Assembly: GCA_964247055.1 (NCBI GenBank)
Contig: OZ176059.1
Span: 1,612,001-1,676,000, forward strand
Source of the DNA: Paragordius varius
Lineage: Eukaryota > Animalia > Nematomorpha
Reading direction: 5' to 3'
DNA: 64,000 bases
Below the pieces are notes generated by a model that saw only the letters and a program-made list of their open reading frames with translations, did not search any database and had not been told where the DNA came from. The translations under genes and the position numbers were made by a program. Within the stretch, counting starts at the first letter, position 1, and every line of letters begins with the position of its first letter. Below are positions 29,201-41,842 of the stretch, piece after piece.

Positions 29201-32200
29201 TTTAATTACTATTAAAATAGGCCTTGTTTCAATATAAAATACAGTAAAATTACAACTATATGGACAATACTCAAGATATAAAGACAAATATTTTTTTAAT
29301 TCAAATGACAACTACCTACCATAAACTTTTTTAAACCTTAATTTGTCATATATACAAATTATTTCATTACAATTGTTAAATATATATATATATATATATA
29401 ATTGATTATGTTACCACAATATACATTTCTATATTATACTTTGCAGTTTATATCAATGAATTATATGCAAAAAAATATTTGTCTTTATATTTTTACGCTT
29501 TGACCGTTCGTATAATTTCAATTTTAACTCGGCTTCTATACCTTTTGCCTTTTATATTATAAAAATTGTAGTCAAGTAAATAAAAATAAACATTATTATT
29601 TATATAACAAAATCAAAAATAGGTTAGGTATTTTCTTCAAAAAAAGATAAATTTTTATTTCTAAGTTTATAAATAAAACTAATTTTTAAGGTTAAATTTT
29701 GCTTTGCTTAACTTTTAAATGATAATATAAAATTACTCATACCCAAATCAGTAAAATAGTAAAATACTATCCGATCACCATCACCATCCAAGGAAGCATA
29801 TAATATTGGCTCATTGTTTAGTTTCGGGGAATTCGAAAGTAGGGGTATCCCTGTATAAAAATAAAAAAATTAACAAAAAACTAATGTATAGAAAAGCAAT
29901 ATAAATTTTGTTTAAAACACAATGGAGGAATTAATCTAAGCTGTTTTTTTACAGCGCTGTTAAAAAATAGGGCAAACTATGATTAATGGGAACACTAAAT
30001 ATATATGAATGCAAAAAAAATTTAATAATTTATATAAATTATATAAAAACAAACGGAAATCAGACTCGAGGCTGAAACAAGTTATATTTTTGAATTTATA
30101 TTTGAATTCATTTATAATTGATCAACACAAATAAGTGGAAAATTATTTTTGTAATGTACTAATTAATTACAAAATAATAAAAAAAATTAATTATATAATA
30201 GGCAAGTGCCGTATATTAGTTACAATATTTTAAAAGTTTAGTTCTTTATTAATCAAAAATAATCCATTTTTTTATTTTTTTATAAAAATAAGGTGTAAAA
30301 CAAAAAAGGAATAAACTATGAACAAATATTAACTCAATCATATATTGATTTGAAAATATTTTATGGTGAATTTGCAGTGTAAATAGTAAAATAAATAAAT
30401 GTAATAGAAAAATGTTAAGAAAAAAAATAAAATTAAAACGAGAGGCTTACCAATCGGCGGTTTTTGATTGACTTTGACATAATCTGCGCCACACTAAAGT
30501 TCATAAATACATAAAAAACTGGGTTAAAAACTCTAATCAATTATGACACAGCATATATGGCGTTTATAGATTAAAAATTTTAAAAAATTTAAATACCCAT
30601 TTTTATTTTTCTACTTTTTAATAAAAAAAATTACCGAAAAAGATATTTTAATCTGCGAAAAAATGTTTAAAAGTTAAAGTGCATTTATACCATTTCATTC
30701 AATTTGCCATAATTTTCGTTTGAAAATTTGTCATCCTCAGAGTGTCCATTTGTTTCACAAGTAGATTTTGAATCAATGATAAATTTTTCAAAAATTTCAT
30801 TATCATTCTTTAATGCTTCTAGCTTAATTTCATTTTGTTCTTGATTTACCGCATCTTTTTCTGAAGCATTTTTATTAACATGGTGAGTATTATGGTGAGT
30901 AGTACCGACACCATTGCTAATTACACCATTTTTTAAGCCGTCCTTGTAATCACTTTTATGGTTATTAAGACAATTTGCTATGACATTAAAAACTTTAATG
31001 TCCACTAAATTTTTAATCTTGTGTAAATGGTCGCCGTTCCGTATAAAAGCAAAATCTAATGTATCCTTTTTATTTTCAAAATCATAATCATCATCATCTG
31101 TAACCACTTTTGGCAGTTCGGATCCATCTGTCGCAATCATCAGCTGATGGCCGTCAGCTGTTTTTGCTGTGGTATCATAACGCCAATTACGTTCACGTGC
31201 ATCCATACGTTTAGCCATCACGTGTTCATACGTTTCATACAAGGCCAATGGACCATATCGGTCAACCAATGATGCCAAAGGATGATTGGCATGCTTGATG
31301 ATTGACGTGTCCGTATCCGTCTCAAGAGGATATAAATAATGGGCTATAAAAGTTTCAGGATTATATATAATTTATTTGATATTTTAATCAATTAAATTAT
31401 GAATTAAAAAATTATTTTTATTTAATTTAACTTCAGATGAAAATTTATGTAATAATATCACGAAAATTTTTATAGAATAAATTATATAAACTGATTTATA
31501 GTGTTTTATGAAGTAATCATTGATATTATTATAAAGACAAAATATAAAGGACAAATATTTTTTTGATGGAAAAAAAAAGACAACCATTTTTAAACTTAGG
31601 GGAGTTTTGAATTGCTAAATAAGAAACAGAGATGTAAAATGGTAACACAGTCAAATTACATGTTAAAATTGTAATCATTTAGATTACTTAAAAATTTAAG
31701 GTTGAAAAAAATGTATATGGCTGTCTTTATTAAAAAATTGTCAATCGATTTTTACGTTTTGCATTTTATATTTGGAATAATAGATATTATAGTGTGATTT
31801 CCATACTGACGATGACTATATATAAAACATATGGGGAAAAAAAATTTTGGATTCAATTCCATGAGAGTTTCTTAATTTTCACGAGAATAAATAAAAAAAT
31901 ATAAATTATATATTAATTATTGGGTAGTTACATATAAGTTCCAAGAGTTTTGGTCCACCCACCCCAAAAGCCGTATCACAATACAACGTGAGAGGAATGT
32001 TACTAGGATAATATATAAATGGTAAAAAGATTAATATAATTTTAAATAAATCCAAAAAAAACTATGAAAAAAATTGTTTTTTAATCGGTGAATTTGCCTA
32101 TTAAACAGCTATATGTAGATAATTCACAATGGAAATTTTCATTATAAAAATGTAAGCTTTGGATGAAATGTGAATCAATTTAAAACTAAATAATAAATTT

Positions 32201-34598
32201 CTGAAAACTATATATCAAGTAAAAATAGGTGTAAAATATAGTGTTTAATATAATGTGTTTATGCAGTGATCGATATATACCATACACAATTCGAATTTAC
32301 CATTAAATAATTCAAAATGGCCCTTGAACAATTCGAGTTAACCCTAATTCACCCTAAAAATTATAATATTTTTTAACATTAAAAATTATCTATGTTATTA
32401 TCTATTATCTCAAAAAAATAAAATTTTATTTTAAATTAAAAAAATACTAACAAAATTATAAACTTTGCCATAAAGATATATTTCATATCAATAATGAGTT
32501 ATATTAGTTTGAAAACACATATATAATTTATTTTTAGGGTGAATTTGAACTGTACATGGTATAGTAATGTTTATACTGAAATATATGGATATAGTCATAA
32601 TATTGAAAACTAGAATGGTACTTTTTAAATCATCATCCATGGATTTGTTTTTCAAAAATAAACTATATATAAACCAACATTTCGACTTGACAAAGTCTTT
32701 AGAATAAAAAACGACAAAATACAGGAGCGTATGGCATAAAACAATACAAAGTCCATAAAAAAATATTTTATTTTAAAAAACAATATGTCTTATGTGCTTT
32801 CCACGTTTTGTCCTTATAATTTAAATTTTTATTATTTGTATATTCCAATTGGGTTGAATTTTTGACTAGCCATAAAAATTATGAGACCCGTCTTACCGCT
32901 GCTTATGAATATGGTGTCTTAATGGTTATAACAAGGAGACTTTATAAAAAGACAATACAAGCGGATATGTTTGTTGTATTAAATCACAAACAAAAACATA
33001 TGAGATGCTATTTGTATATAAAATTGCAATTTTAAAACTTATATTTTTTCTATTTTTCCCTTAAAAAAGTTTTATAGCAAACAACCAATGTTGTTATCTA
33101 ATTTTAGTAATACGTATGTATAATATTCATATTTGATATAGGCATAACCAATCAATCTACCCAATTTAGCCCCCCCCCCTCCCCGCTATCATATTTCCTT
33201 ATAAATAAAGAGGTATTAACAATTAAATTGAATAATATAATAACAGGCATTTTTGCAGGATTGTTGCCATTTATAAAAAATATTTTAGAATTTACACTCA
33301 CATATATAATCAAACACAATATTTTTTTATCTCCACAATTTTCAAAAAAAGCGTGCCTAATTAATAAAAAAGCGTGCTCATATAAATTATAAATACCATT
33401 TAAGCCATATAAAATACAATCAGATATGGGGGGTATAATAAGGCTCTTTAGTGTGGATAGCCAGCTATTAAAAGAAAAAAATGAAAATTATTTATATACC
33501 TTAATGTATCCCTAGCTGTTTGATTAGTAGAGTCTTTCCCGCAATCACCGCAATGATTTATGGTTGCTTGTTCCTTTGAAAGAAATATAAAAGTTTAGGA
33601 AATTTGATAGATTTACAAAAAAATATATAAACAATATCTTCCTTTCAAATTTAAATTAAATGGGCAAAAAATGGTTGTAATAAAAATACATAACAAAAAA
33701 ATTAAACATTTAAGATCATTTGAAAACAATATATAGTAGAATAATTTAATCAAATTTGCTATTGTTATAGATATCGTATGCATAGACAATCTAATTTTTA
33801 CTTTTAAGCAAATGCTAAATTATATATTAGTAGTTTTATGTTCACATTCAACAAAGATTGCTATAATTATTGGAAACTCACGTTTTTTTAAAATAAATTG
33901 GATATTTGTTTGCTAAATTTAAAAAATTTATCATTATAATATACACTAAAATAGAAAACATACATATATATACTTACAGTTCGAATTTACCCCTAAACAA
34001 TGCAAATTCACCCTAAAAATAAATTTATGTGTTTTCAAACTAATTAAACTCATTATTAATAAATAATATATCTTTATGGCATAGTTTATTATTTTTTCAG
34101 TATTATTTTAATTTAAAACTCACTTTATTTTTAAAAATATATAAAGATATAAGTAATTTTTAATATTAAAAAACATATCATTTATTTAAGGGTGAATTTG
34201 GATTGTTCGAGGGTAAATTTGAATTGTTCGAGAGTAAATTTGAATTGTAAATGGTATATTATATACTTGTCCTTGATTTTGGTTTTGTAATACAAAACCC
34301 AAGAAAGCTGAAACTAGTCTAACATAATATTCAGGTTCGGTCGGATAAATAATTTTGGCATTATTGTCACAATTATATTTTTTATTAGCATCAAATTTTT
34401 CCAGTGTACAATTATCATAATTTTTAACATGGAGATTATCTTGTTGTTTGCTTGAATCATTTTTTTCTTCAATGACTACTGTATCAAACATATCCTCATA
34501 TATAAATCGTTTATTCCCAACCGCAATCAAATAATGTAACTGGGGTGTTGTGACTAAACCTATATATGTATATATATTTAACATAATTTGAATTTTCT

Positions 34599-34647
<49 letters not shown>

Positions 34648-37302
34648 ATTTATTAGAAAAAATTTATTTAAAACTTAAAGTATATCTCTTTTTTTGTCGA
34701 TATTTAAATCGTTCCATCTATTTCAAGATGGATAAAATATTTTGTATTAACTTCATTATTAGTTTTATATCAATTTTATATTAATTTTCAAGTTTAAATT
34801 TTATCCATTGATAAAGGATATTATCATTGCATGTATTCAAAATTTTGGAGGTACAGTTTAATACATAATTAAATTTTAAGGGGGATTTTTAAATTATCAA
34901 TATTTAGATAAAATATTCGTTCATAGATATACAGTAGCGTATGGTAAAAAAATATTATTAGTCCATAAAAGAATATAAAAATGTTTTTTAAAAAAACAAC
35001 AAGCCTAGTTATATTTACACATATCCATAATATCCCCTTGTTTTTTTTAAAAAAACATATTTTTTTATTCTTTTATGGACAAATATTGTTTTATGCCATA
35101 CGCTACTGTATATACAATTGTAAAAAAATTATACAAACATTAGCAAATTTAAAATAAAATAATTTTTTGTTATATATACACTAGTAATTTGTTTAATACA
35201 TAATAAAGTATAAAACAGTGTGTTGTAAGGTAAAATTTAAAATTTGGCAATTAGTTTTTGATGCATTTTTTGCAAAGTATTTATATATTCCATTTACATT
35301 CAAATTCACCCTTGAACAATCCAAATTCACCCTCGAATAATTTAAATTCACCCTAAAATAAATTATGTATTTTATAATAAAAATTACTTTATTATATAAT
35401 ATTTTTAAAATATGAAATTCTGTTTAAAATAAATATAATTCTGAAATAATAATCTATGTCGCAAAAATATATTTCAAAGTAATAATGAGTTATATTATCC
35501 CGAAAACACATAGGTGAATTTGATAGTTCGATTGTGAATTTCAATTGTTTAAGGGTGAATTTGAATTGTAAATGCTATATATATATATATATATATGTTG
35601 ATTTTAAACTATATATTCATTTCAAAAAAAAATAAAAACAAAATGTAAAAATATAATATATATAAGTTCAATTTTCAACTTTTTTTCAGATTACAAAACA
35701 AATTATAAAAATTTTACCATAATTTATGTATTTGCCTCCCATACATTTAATACCAGCGATAGATGCTTCAACCAAATGCTTACAACTCTCTCTAAACAAA
35801 AAAATAAAATTTAGCTAAATTTAAATTGAAAAATATTAAAGTTTAATTTCAAAAATTTTAAACAATTAAAAATAAATGATAAGTCAAAATAAGATAAACT
35901 TTAAATTAAAATAAGATATATATATATATACCTTGTATCATGTCCTATAAAAACGATTGATTGATGTGTCGTAGTATTAACTAACCCCATAGGCTCTATG
36001 ATTGAATGTTCTATGATTCGAATCAAGGATAAATCACTAGCAAGTAATATAAAAATAAAATAGATGGCTTATATAAATATATTGCAAACTTTATATTAAT
36101 TTTTCGAATAACCGCCAATTTTATATCAAATCAAAGTTAAAATTCTAGCATAGATGTATATGTAATTAAGGCCCACCTATTAACATGAAGGACTTTTTGA
36201 GCCTGGTTTTTTTCAGGATTAAGGTTATTACAAAAGTTGATATTTCGAAAATTAGAAAGAATTTTTGGAATCTGAAAACTGCATTAGCCTCAATCAAGTA
36301 AATTTGATCTATATAGGCAGGTTATGGAAATTTTCAATATATATCAAAAAATATTTTTCCGGCAAATGCTTATTAAAGCTTATAATGATTACCATTTTTA
36401 TCCTTTTATTATATTTATAGCTTATTCCATTTATATAATAAAAAACATAAAACCCCTTTTGTAAATTGTTCAAAAAAGCCCTATTCTAGGGGGAAAATAA
36501 TATACATACGCATTACAGTATTATCTCGATTCCTTTAGCTAATGTTAATATATTTTTAAATTAACCATTAAACGTTCATACAACATGAAGTGTCAACCTC
36601 AAAACAGCTAAAATTTAGTACAATTTTTTGATTTTTCTTTAAAACAGGTCTGTACTTTTTGTAATAAAATGTTATTTAAAAAAGAAATATATTGTAAAAA
36701 TGAGTAACTATAATCATGTATGGGGGGTTTTGTTGTTTGTTTTCATGTATGAATCTTATTATGCTAAAACACTCTCCAATAAAAAACAAACGATACATTA
36801 TTTATGATTGAAAATGAGAGTATAAAATAAAACTACGACCCGATGAAAGCAATCTGACTATATATGACTGTAATTAAATTAATCATACTAAATAGGATAT
36901 AACATTAATTACTCGGCATTTGCGAGTTGAGAAGCTAATGGTTCCCACGATTCTTCCAACATTTCCCCGTACGGCCCAATAATTTTAACACCATTATCAC
37001 ATTCAGGATTATGTGAGGCCGTAATCATAATACCAGTTATTTCTACATAAAAAAATTAGATAAAATGCTTTAAACAAATAAATATTTTAATATTGTTATA
37101 CTGTGCCTATATTGGGAGTATAGGGCAGCAAGGATTCCCATTCGATACATAACATGATCCAAATTTTCGGCCCTAAATATAGATATAAAACGGATTGAAG
37201 TTACAAAGTTCTAAAGCCTGCAGTCCCATAATTAATATTTTGTTTGTGAGCCTTGGAATATTTCGAAACGCTATTGACAATATTCAATTTCCAATTTGTC
37301 AT
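23248..37302 (-). CDS. PGM3: Phosphoacetylglucosamine mutase (N-acetylglucosamine-phosphate mutase), 19 exons, 832 aa
   Basis: Exons: 37302-37205, 37172-37102, 37042-36913, 36036-35932, 35791-35718, 34559-34267, 33573-33500, 32002-31932, 31343-30691, 30493-30451, 29850-29743, 28747-28683, 28428-28309, 27229-27128, 26711-26583, 25503-25381, 25108-24987, 24699-24648, 23313-23248. All are GT-AG and phase-consistent, totalling 2499 nt. Motifs: YGTAGFR, ITASHNP (catalytic Ser), [80 protein letters not shown]. Confidence 0.95.
23658..23839. mobile_element. Hairpin MITE, CAGTATGCATTTTAATGGTTGC family (Tc1/mariner-type, TA-flanked)
   Basis: Near-palindromic, AGTATGCATTTTAATGGT...ACCATTAAAATGCATACTG|TA. 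Lies in the last PGM3 intron. Confidence 0.75.
25709..26060. mobile_element. TACC-MITE copy in PGM3 intron
   Basis: AAATTCACCCTTGAAC repeats on the left and GAATTGTAAATGGTA|TA on the right. Confidence 0.75.
27744..28040. mobile_element. TACC-MITE copy in PGM3 intron
   Basis: TACCATGAACAATTTAAATTCACCC...GGTGAATTCGTACTGTAAATGTA, with the shared internal core. Confidence 0.7.
28811..29021. mobile_element. TACC-MITE copy in PGM3 intron
   Basis: TACCATTTTCGAATTCACCC...GAATTGTAAATGGTA|TA. Confidence 0.7.
32278..32561. mobile_element. TACC-MITE copy in PGM3 intron
   Basis: TA|TACCATACACAATTCGAATTTACC...GGGTGAATTTGAACTGTACATGGTA|TA. Confidence 0.75.
33971..34256. mobile_element. TACC-MITE copy in PGM3 intron, about 10 bp from the exon 6 donor
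   Basis: Shared core plus three 21-bp units ending GAATTGTAAATGGTA|TA. Confidence 0.75.
34604..34640. repeat. (TA)n microsatellite
   Basis: About 18 TA units. Similar tracts occur at about 4046, 23635, 53408 and 55306. Confidence 0.9.
34932..35108. mobile_element. Hairpin MITE, CAGTAGCGTATGG family (TA TSD)
   Basis: TA|CAGTAGCGTATGGTAAAA...TTTTATGCCATACGCTACTG|TA. A partial relative lies near 32722. Confidence 0.8.
35288..35577. mobile_element. TACC-MITE copy in PGM3 intron
   Basis: CCATTTACATTCAAATTCACCC...GGGTGAATTTGAATTGTAAATGCTA. Confidence 0.75.
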
Positions 37303-37408
37303 ATCCGGTAATTTAAAGCATGTGCGCAGAGGCTGAGAAAATGCGTGGCAATTATTACATATGTTGCCACATGTGGTTTTTTATAAATTAATTTCTTTAG
37401 TTATTATA

Positions 37409-37770
37409 AACCATTTACAATTTAAATTCACTCTTAAATAATTCAAATTCACCCTTATATTCAAACTCACCATTAAACAATTCAAATTCACCCTCAAATA
37501 AAATAGTTTTTAGATTAAAAATTACCCAATATTTTTATATATTTTTAAAGAATAAAAATTTTGTTTTAAATTAAAATAATACTGAAAAAATAATAAACTA
37601 TGCCATAAAGATATATTTCTCATTAATAATGAATTATATGTTCGAAAAAACATAATTTATTTTTAGGGATTTGAATTATTCAAGGGTGAATTTGAATTGT
37701 TCGAGGGTGAATTTGAATTGTTCAAGGGTGAATTAAAATTGTTCAAGGGTGAATTTGAACTGTGATGGTA
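37409..37770. mobile_element. TACC-MITE copy about 107 bp upstream of the PGM3 start codon
   Basis: ACCATTTACAATTTAAATTCAC...four GGGTGAATTTGAATTGTTC-type units...GATGGTA|TA. Confidence 0.75.
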
Positions 37771-38763
37771 TATAACAATATTTAATCAATAATTTGAATT
37801 ACCGTAGTTCAATGCTTCAAAGCTTCTTTAAAAAATTGTCCATTATGAGAAATTATCAAAAGGGGCATTACAGTTAGTAAATTAACCTATTATTTTAAGG
37901 TTTTGCGTTCTGGCAACGCAAACATTTGCATAGAATTATTACTAATACAGGGAATTAAAGAATGACGAATTATAAGTTACGCAATAAAAGTTATGTATCT
38001 AAAAAATAATCTGGTCATACGTTATTAAATTATAACTAATATTATTACCGGCCTGTTATTTTCTTATTATTAATTTTATAGGAGAACAATCTATGGAAGA
38101 GACTAAAAAACCTATGCATAAAAAAATATTTAATAAACTTTTATATTATGGAACGTACTTTTTCCGTACATAGTGACACGGAAAGGTGTAAAATTTAATA
38201 TTGTCTCAAATAAAAATAATGATTCCACATTTTTTGGTTGTAATTTTTATTATTTACTTTTTTGATTATAATATTTTTTATATAAATAGTTAAGGTATAA
38301 ATATATTGCAAAAGTCTAATTCCTTTTTTTTATGTAAATTTTATAAATTAGATTTAGAAAGTAAATTGGCATTTAGTCGCTTTGAAAACATTTTAAGTAA
38401 TCATCATATGCTTGTCTAAGAGGCGTATATAAAATTGTAATAAGAAAACGGATTTCATGTTATTTCTTTTAATAATGCATGAATAGTAAATAAAAAAGCT
38501 TTATTGTTCAATTAAACATGCAGCACCCTAAAACTTGGATAGCTCCTGACAAAAACCGATTAAAATCAATAATATAAACTTCATAACCTTTTCATAGTTT
38601 TATATCCCAAAGATTTTTGATTTTGATTTTTTAAAAAGTGTTTGAGATATTCAAATTTAAAAATATAGTTTTTACAGCTTTTTTCCCGCATAATACAAAA
38701 AAAATCTATAAGTAAAAAAATACTCATCTCTTTTTCGCCTCATTTTTTTAATCGATAATACAA

Positions 38764-41162
38764 CACAGTGTGCAGGAAATTTACTCAAGATATCATACCT
38801 AGCTTAATATAACCCTTGTGACATATACATCTCAAAAATATAAGGATAAAACAAATTATCAATGTAGAAATTTTTTTTTTCACTTTTTCCATATATGGAT
38901 ATATTCGGAAAAAATCAATTTATTTGCATAATACTTGATCAAAAATTATAAAATTTATATATAATATAAATAATATTAAATAAATATTATTTGCAAATTT
39001 TGGCTCAATATAAATGGATAGATTTAATGTAAACGTCAATTAATTAAATCCAACTAAATTTAGCCCTTTATATTAGTAACATAAAAAATACTTGATGAAA
39101 ATCAATATAATATGCGCCAAAATTTAAGTTTAACTTTATATGTTAATATAAATATTACTTATATATAATAAAAATTGGATTTTAACTAAGTTAAAAATTT
39201 TTGAAATTTTTTATTTTACTAAAATGAAATAAAAAATTTTTATTATCAACTGTAATATAATCATGTCTAGTGTTTATAAATATAACCATATGAATTTTTT
39301 TACCTGGATTTTTGAATTGTAGATGATATTGACTGTTGTTTTACCCTGATAAGATGGTAATTATAATAATTATAGATAAATGTGGAATTTAGATTACCAA
39401 GATAACATTGAAAAACGAATGTAATCCATTGTGAAAATCATATTTTAAAGACAAACTTGCTAATCACAAGCAAACATCCACCAGAAAATTATATTTTGAT
39501 ACATTATGTTCATTGTGTAATAAATCTAATACATATAATATATTTAATTTTCTGAATCTAAAATTGTTTACTTGTTTTTGGACGAATGTGCGCAAGGTCG
39601 CCAAAAATAAAACTCCTTTAAAGATTTCTATTTTTTGTTTTAATGTTGAGTTCTGCCAAAGAATTGGTTTCTCTTAGATTACCCATTCTAATGTAAATAA
39701 AACTCCTCCATAGATAGCTATTTTTTATGTTGAGTTATGCCAGTATTCAGGCACACAATTATTTTAGGTTCATTCTTCAAATTAGAAATGTAAAATTTAA
39801 AAAAAATTTCAGAATACGGCCAGTTTTTTCTTGAATTATTTTTTAAAAAACGGTTTATGGTAAAAGAAAGTGTTAACGAAGTGTACATCAGTTCCAAAAC
39901 TTCGGCTCTAAAAGCATATTTATGGCCCTGGAATATCAATTAAATTTTATGTTATACTTATTTTTAATATAAATGTCTGCAAGTTTTTATAGTTATAGTA
40001 TGTTGCACGGTTCATGAGACAAGATTTTGCAGCCCTTTTAATTTTTTTGTTGAGTACCATTTCTTTAAATTCTTATATTTAAATCTATTAAAAGGTGTTG
40101 ATAATCATTTTATAAACTATTTTAATCGGGTATTTTATATTAATATTTTGGCAAAAAAGACTTTCTCAATATCAAGAACTTTTTCAACGAGTTGAATTTC
40201 ATATATAAGTAAGATAGGTTGTTTCGATGGCTTAAGAAGCGCATGATCTAAGAGAAACCAATTCTTTGGCAGAATTCAACATTAAAACTAAAAATAGAAA
40301 TCTTTGGAGGAGTTTTATTTTAGGTGACCTTGCGCACATTCGTCCAAAAACAAGCAAACAATTTTAGATTAAAAAAAATTAAATATATTATATTAGATTT
40401 ATTACACAATGAAAATAATGTATCAAAATATAATTTTCTGGTGGATGTTTGCTTGTGATTAGCAAGTTTGTTTTTAAAATATGATTTTCACAATGGATTA
40501 CATTGGTTTTTCAATGTTATCTTGGTAATCTAAATTCCACATTTATCTATAATTATTATAAAATATACCATCATATCAGGGTAAAACAACAGTCAATATC
40601 ATCTACAATTCAAAAATCCAGGTAAAAAAATTCATATGGTTATATTTATAATCACCAGACATGATTATATTACAGATGATATTAAAAAAATTTAATTTTA
40701 TTTTAGTAAAATAAAAAATTTTAAAAATTTTTAACTTAGTCAAAATCCAATTTTTATTATATATAAGTAATATTTATATTAACATATAAAGTTAAACTTA
40801 AATTTTGGCGCATATTATATTGATTTTCATCAAGTATTTTTATGTTACTAATATGAAGGGCTAAATTTAGTTGGATTTAATTAATTGACGTTTATATTAA
40901 ATCTATCCATTCATATTGAGCCAAAATTTGCAAATAATATTTATTTAATATTATTTATATTATATATAAATTTTATAATTTTTCATCAAGTATTATGCAA
41001 ATAAATTGATTTTTTCCGAATATATCCATATATGGAAAAAGTGAAAAAAAAGTTTTCTACATTGATAATTTTTTTTATCCTTATATTTTTATCTATGTCA
41101 CAACGGCCATATTAATAATATGATATCCTGAGAAAAAAATACCCCCAATTTTGCACACTGTG
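38764..41162. mobile_element. 2.4-kb foldback DNA element with about 915-bp TIRs and CACAGTG termini
   Basis: The left arm 38764-39680 is a near-perfect reverse complement of the right arm 40246-41162. Termini are CACAGTGTGCA and TGCACACTGTG, flanked by CAA on both sides. The roughly 565-bp spacer has no recognisable transposase. Confidence 0.9.
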
Positions 41163-41842
41163 CAATGGGCAAATCGATGTATATTATGGTTAAATATAAT
41201 AATAAGCTTTTAGATAACATACTAATAAAATCAATAACTTTATCGTATTTTGGAGCTGCCCGAATTTTGGATTCTAGAAGTCACATTGTAAAAATGGCTT
41301 CGTTATATACCACTGTGTCCACAAAAGTTTTAAAATAGATATATTCAGATAGAAAATATATTGGGATTTCATGGTGCTTTAAAAGTTGGCCCTTTCGAGT
41401 ACGAAAGTTATGTACACTCTAAGTGCTGTTAGATGGCAAATTTAAGGCATTTTTAAAATTTTTTTCGTCAAAGATTCCTTCCCAAAAACTAAACTCAATC
41501 ATATATCTATAAAAAGCAAAACAATATTTTTAGCCGATTATTTTTAGATGTGGCCAAGTTCCAAATTTTTTCTCTCAAAATGGGCTGGTTTTTTTAAAAA
41601 AAGAAGCGCTAGGATGCCGGATTACGCGATAATAATTTTTAAAATATGCTAGATATTAATATCCACTTCAAATATTTGTTAAATATGCATTTAAATTTTA
41701 CTTTTAATAACATTTTTTTAAACCGTACTTCATAGTAGTTGAATGCATGTTGGAAACTGTATGAAAACGCTTTAAGATATCACAAAAACATCTATGTAAT
41801 GATTCTGAAAATTTCTATAACCTTTTTTGAATAAACTTGATA

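Noticed and set aside
33397-33464. Candidate extra PGM3 exon ([22 protein letters not shown]) with AG/GT borders
   Set aside because: It ends in phase 1 while the next exon needs phase 2, and exons 7 and 8 join in frame without it.
38764-38800. V(D)J recombination signal
   Set aside because: Only the heptamer is present, with no nonamer at 12 or 23 bp. It is the end of a long TIR in an invertebrate genome.
39718-39939. 73-aa ORF in the foldback spacer as a transposase remnant
   Set aside because: I could recognise no Transib, RAG or Chapaev motif. A profile search of the spacer is needed.
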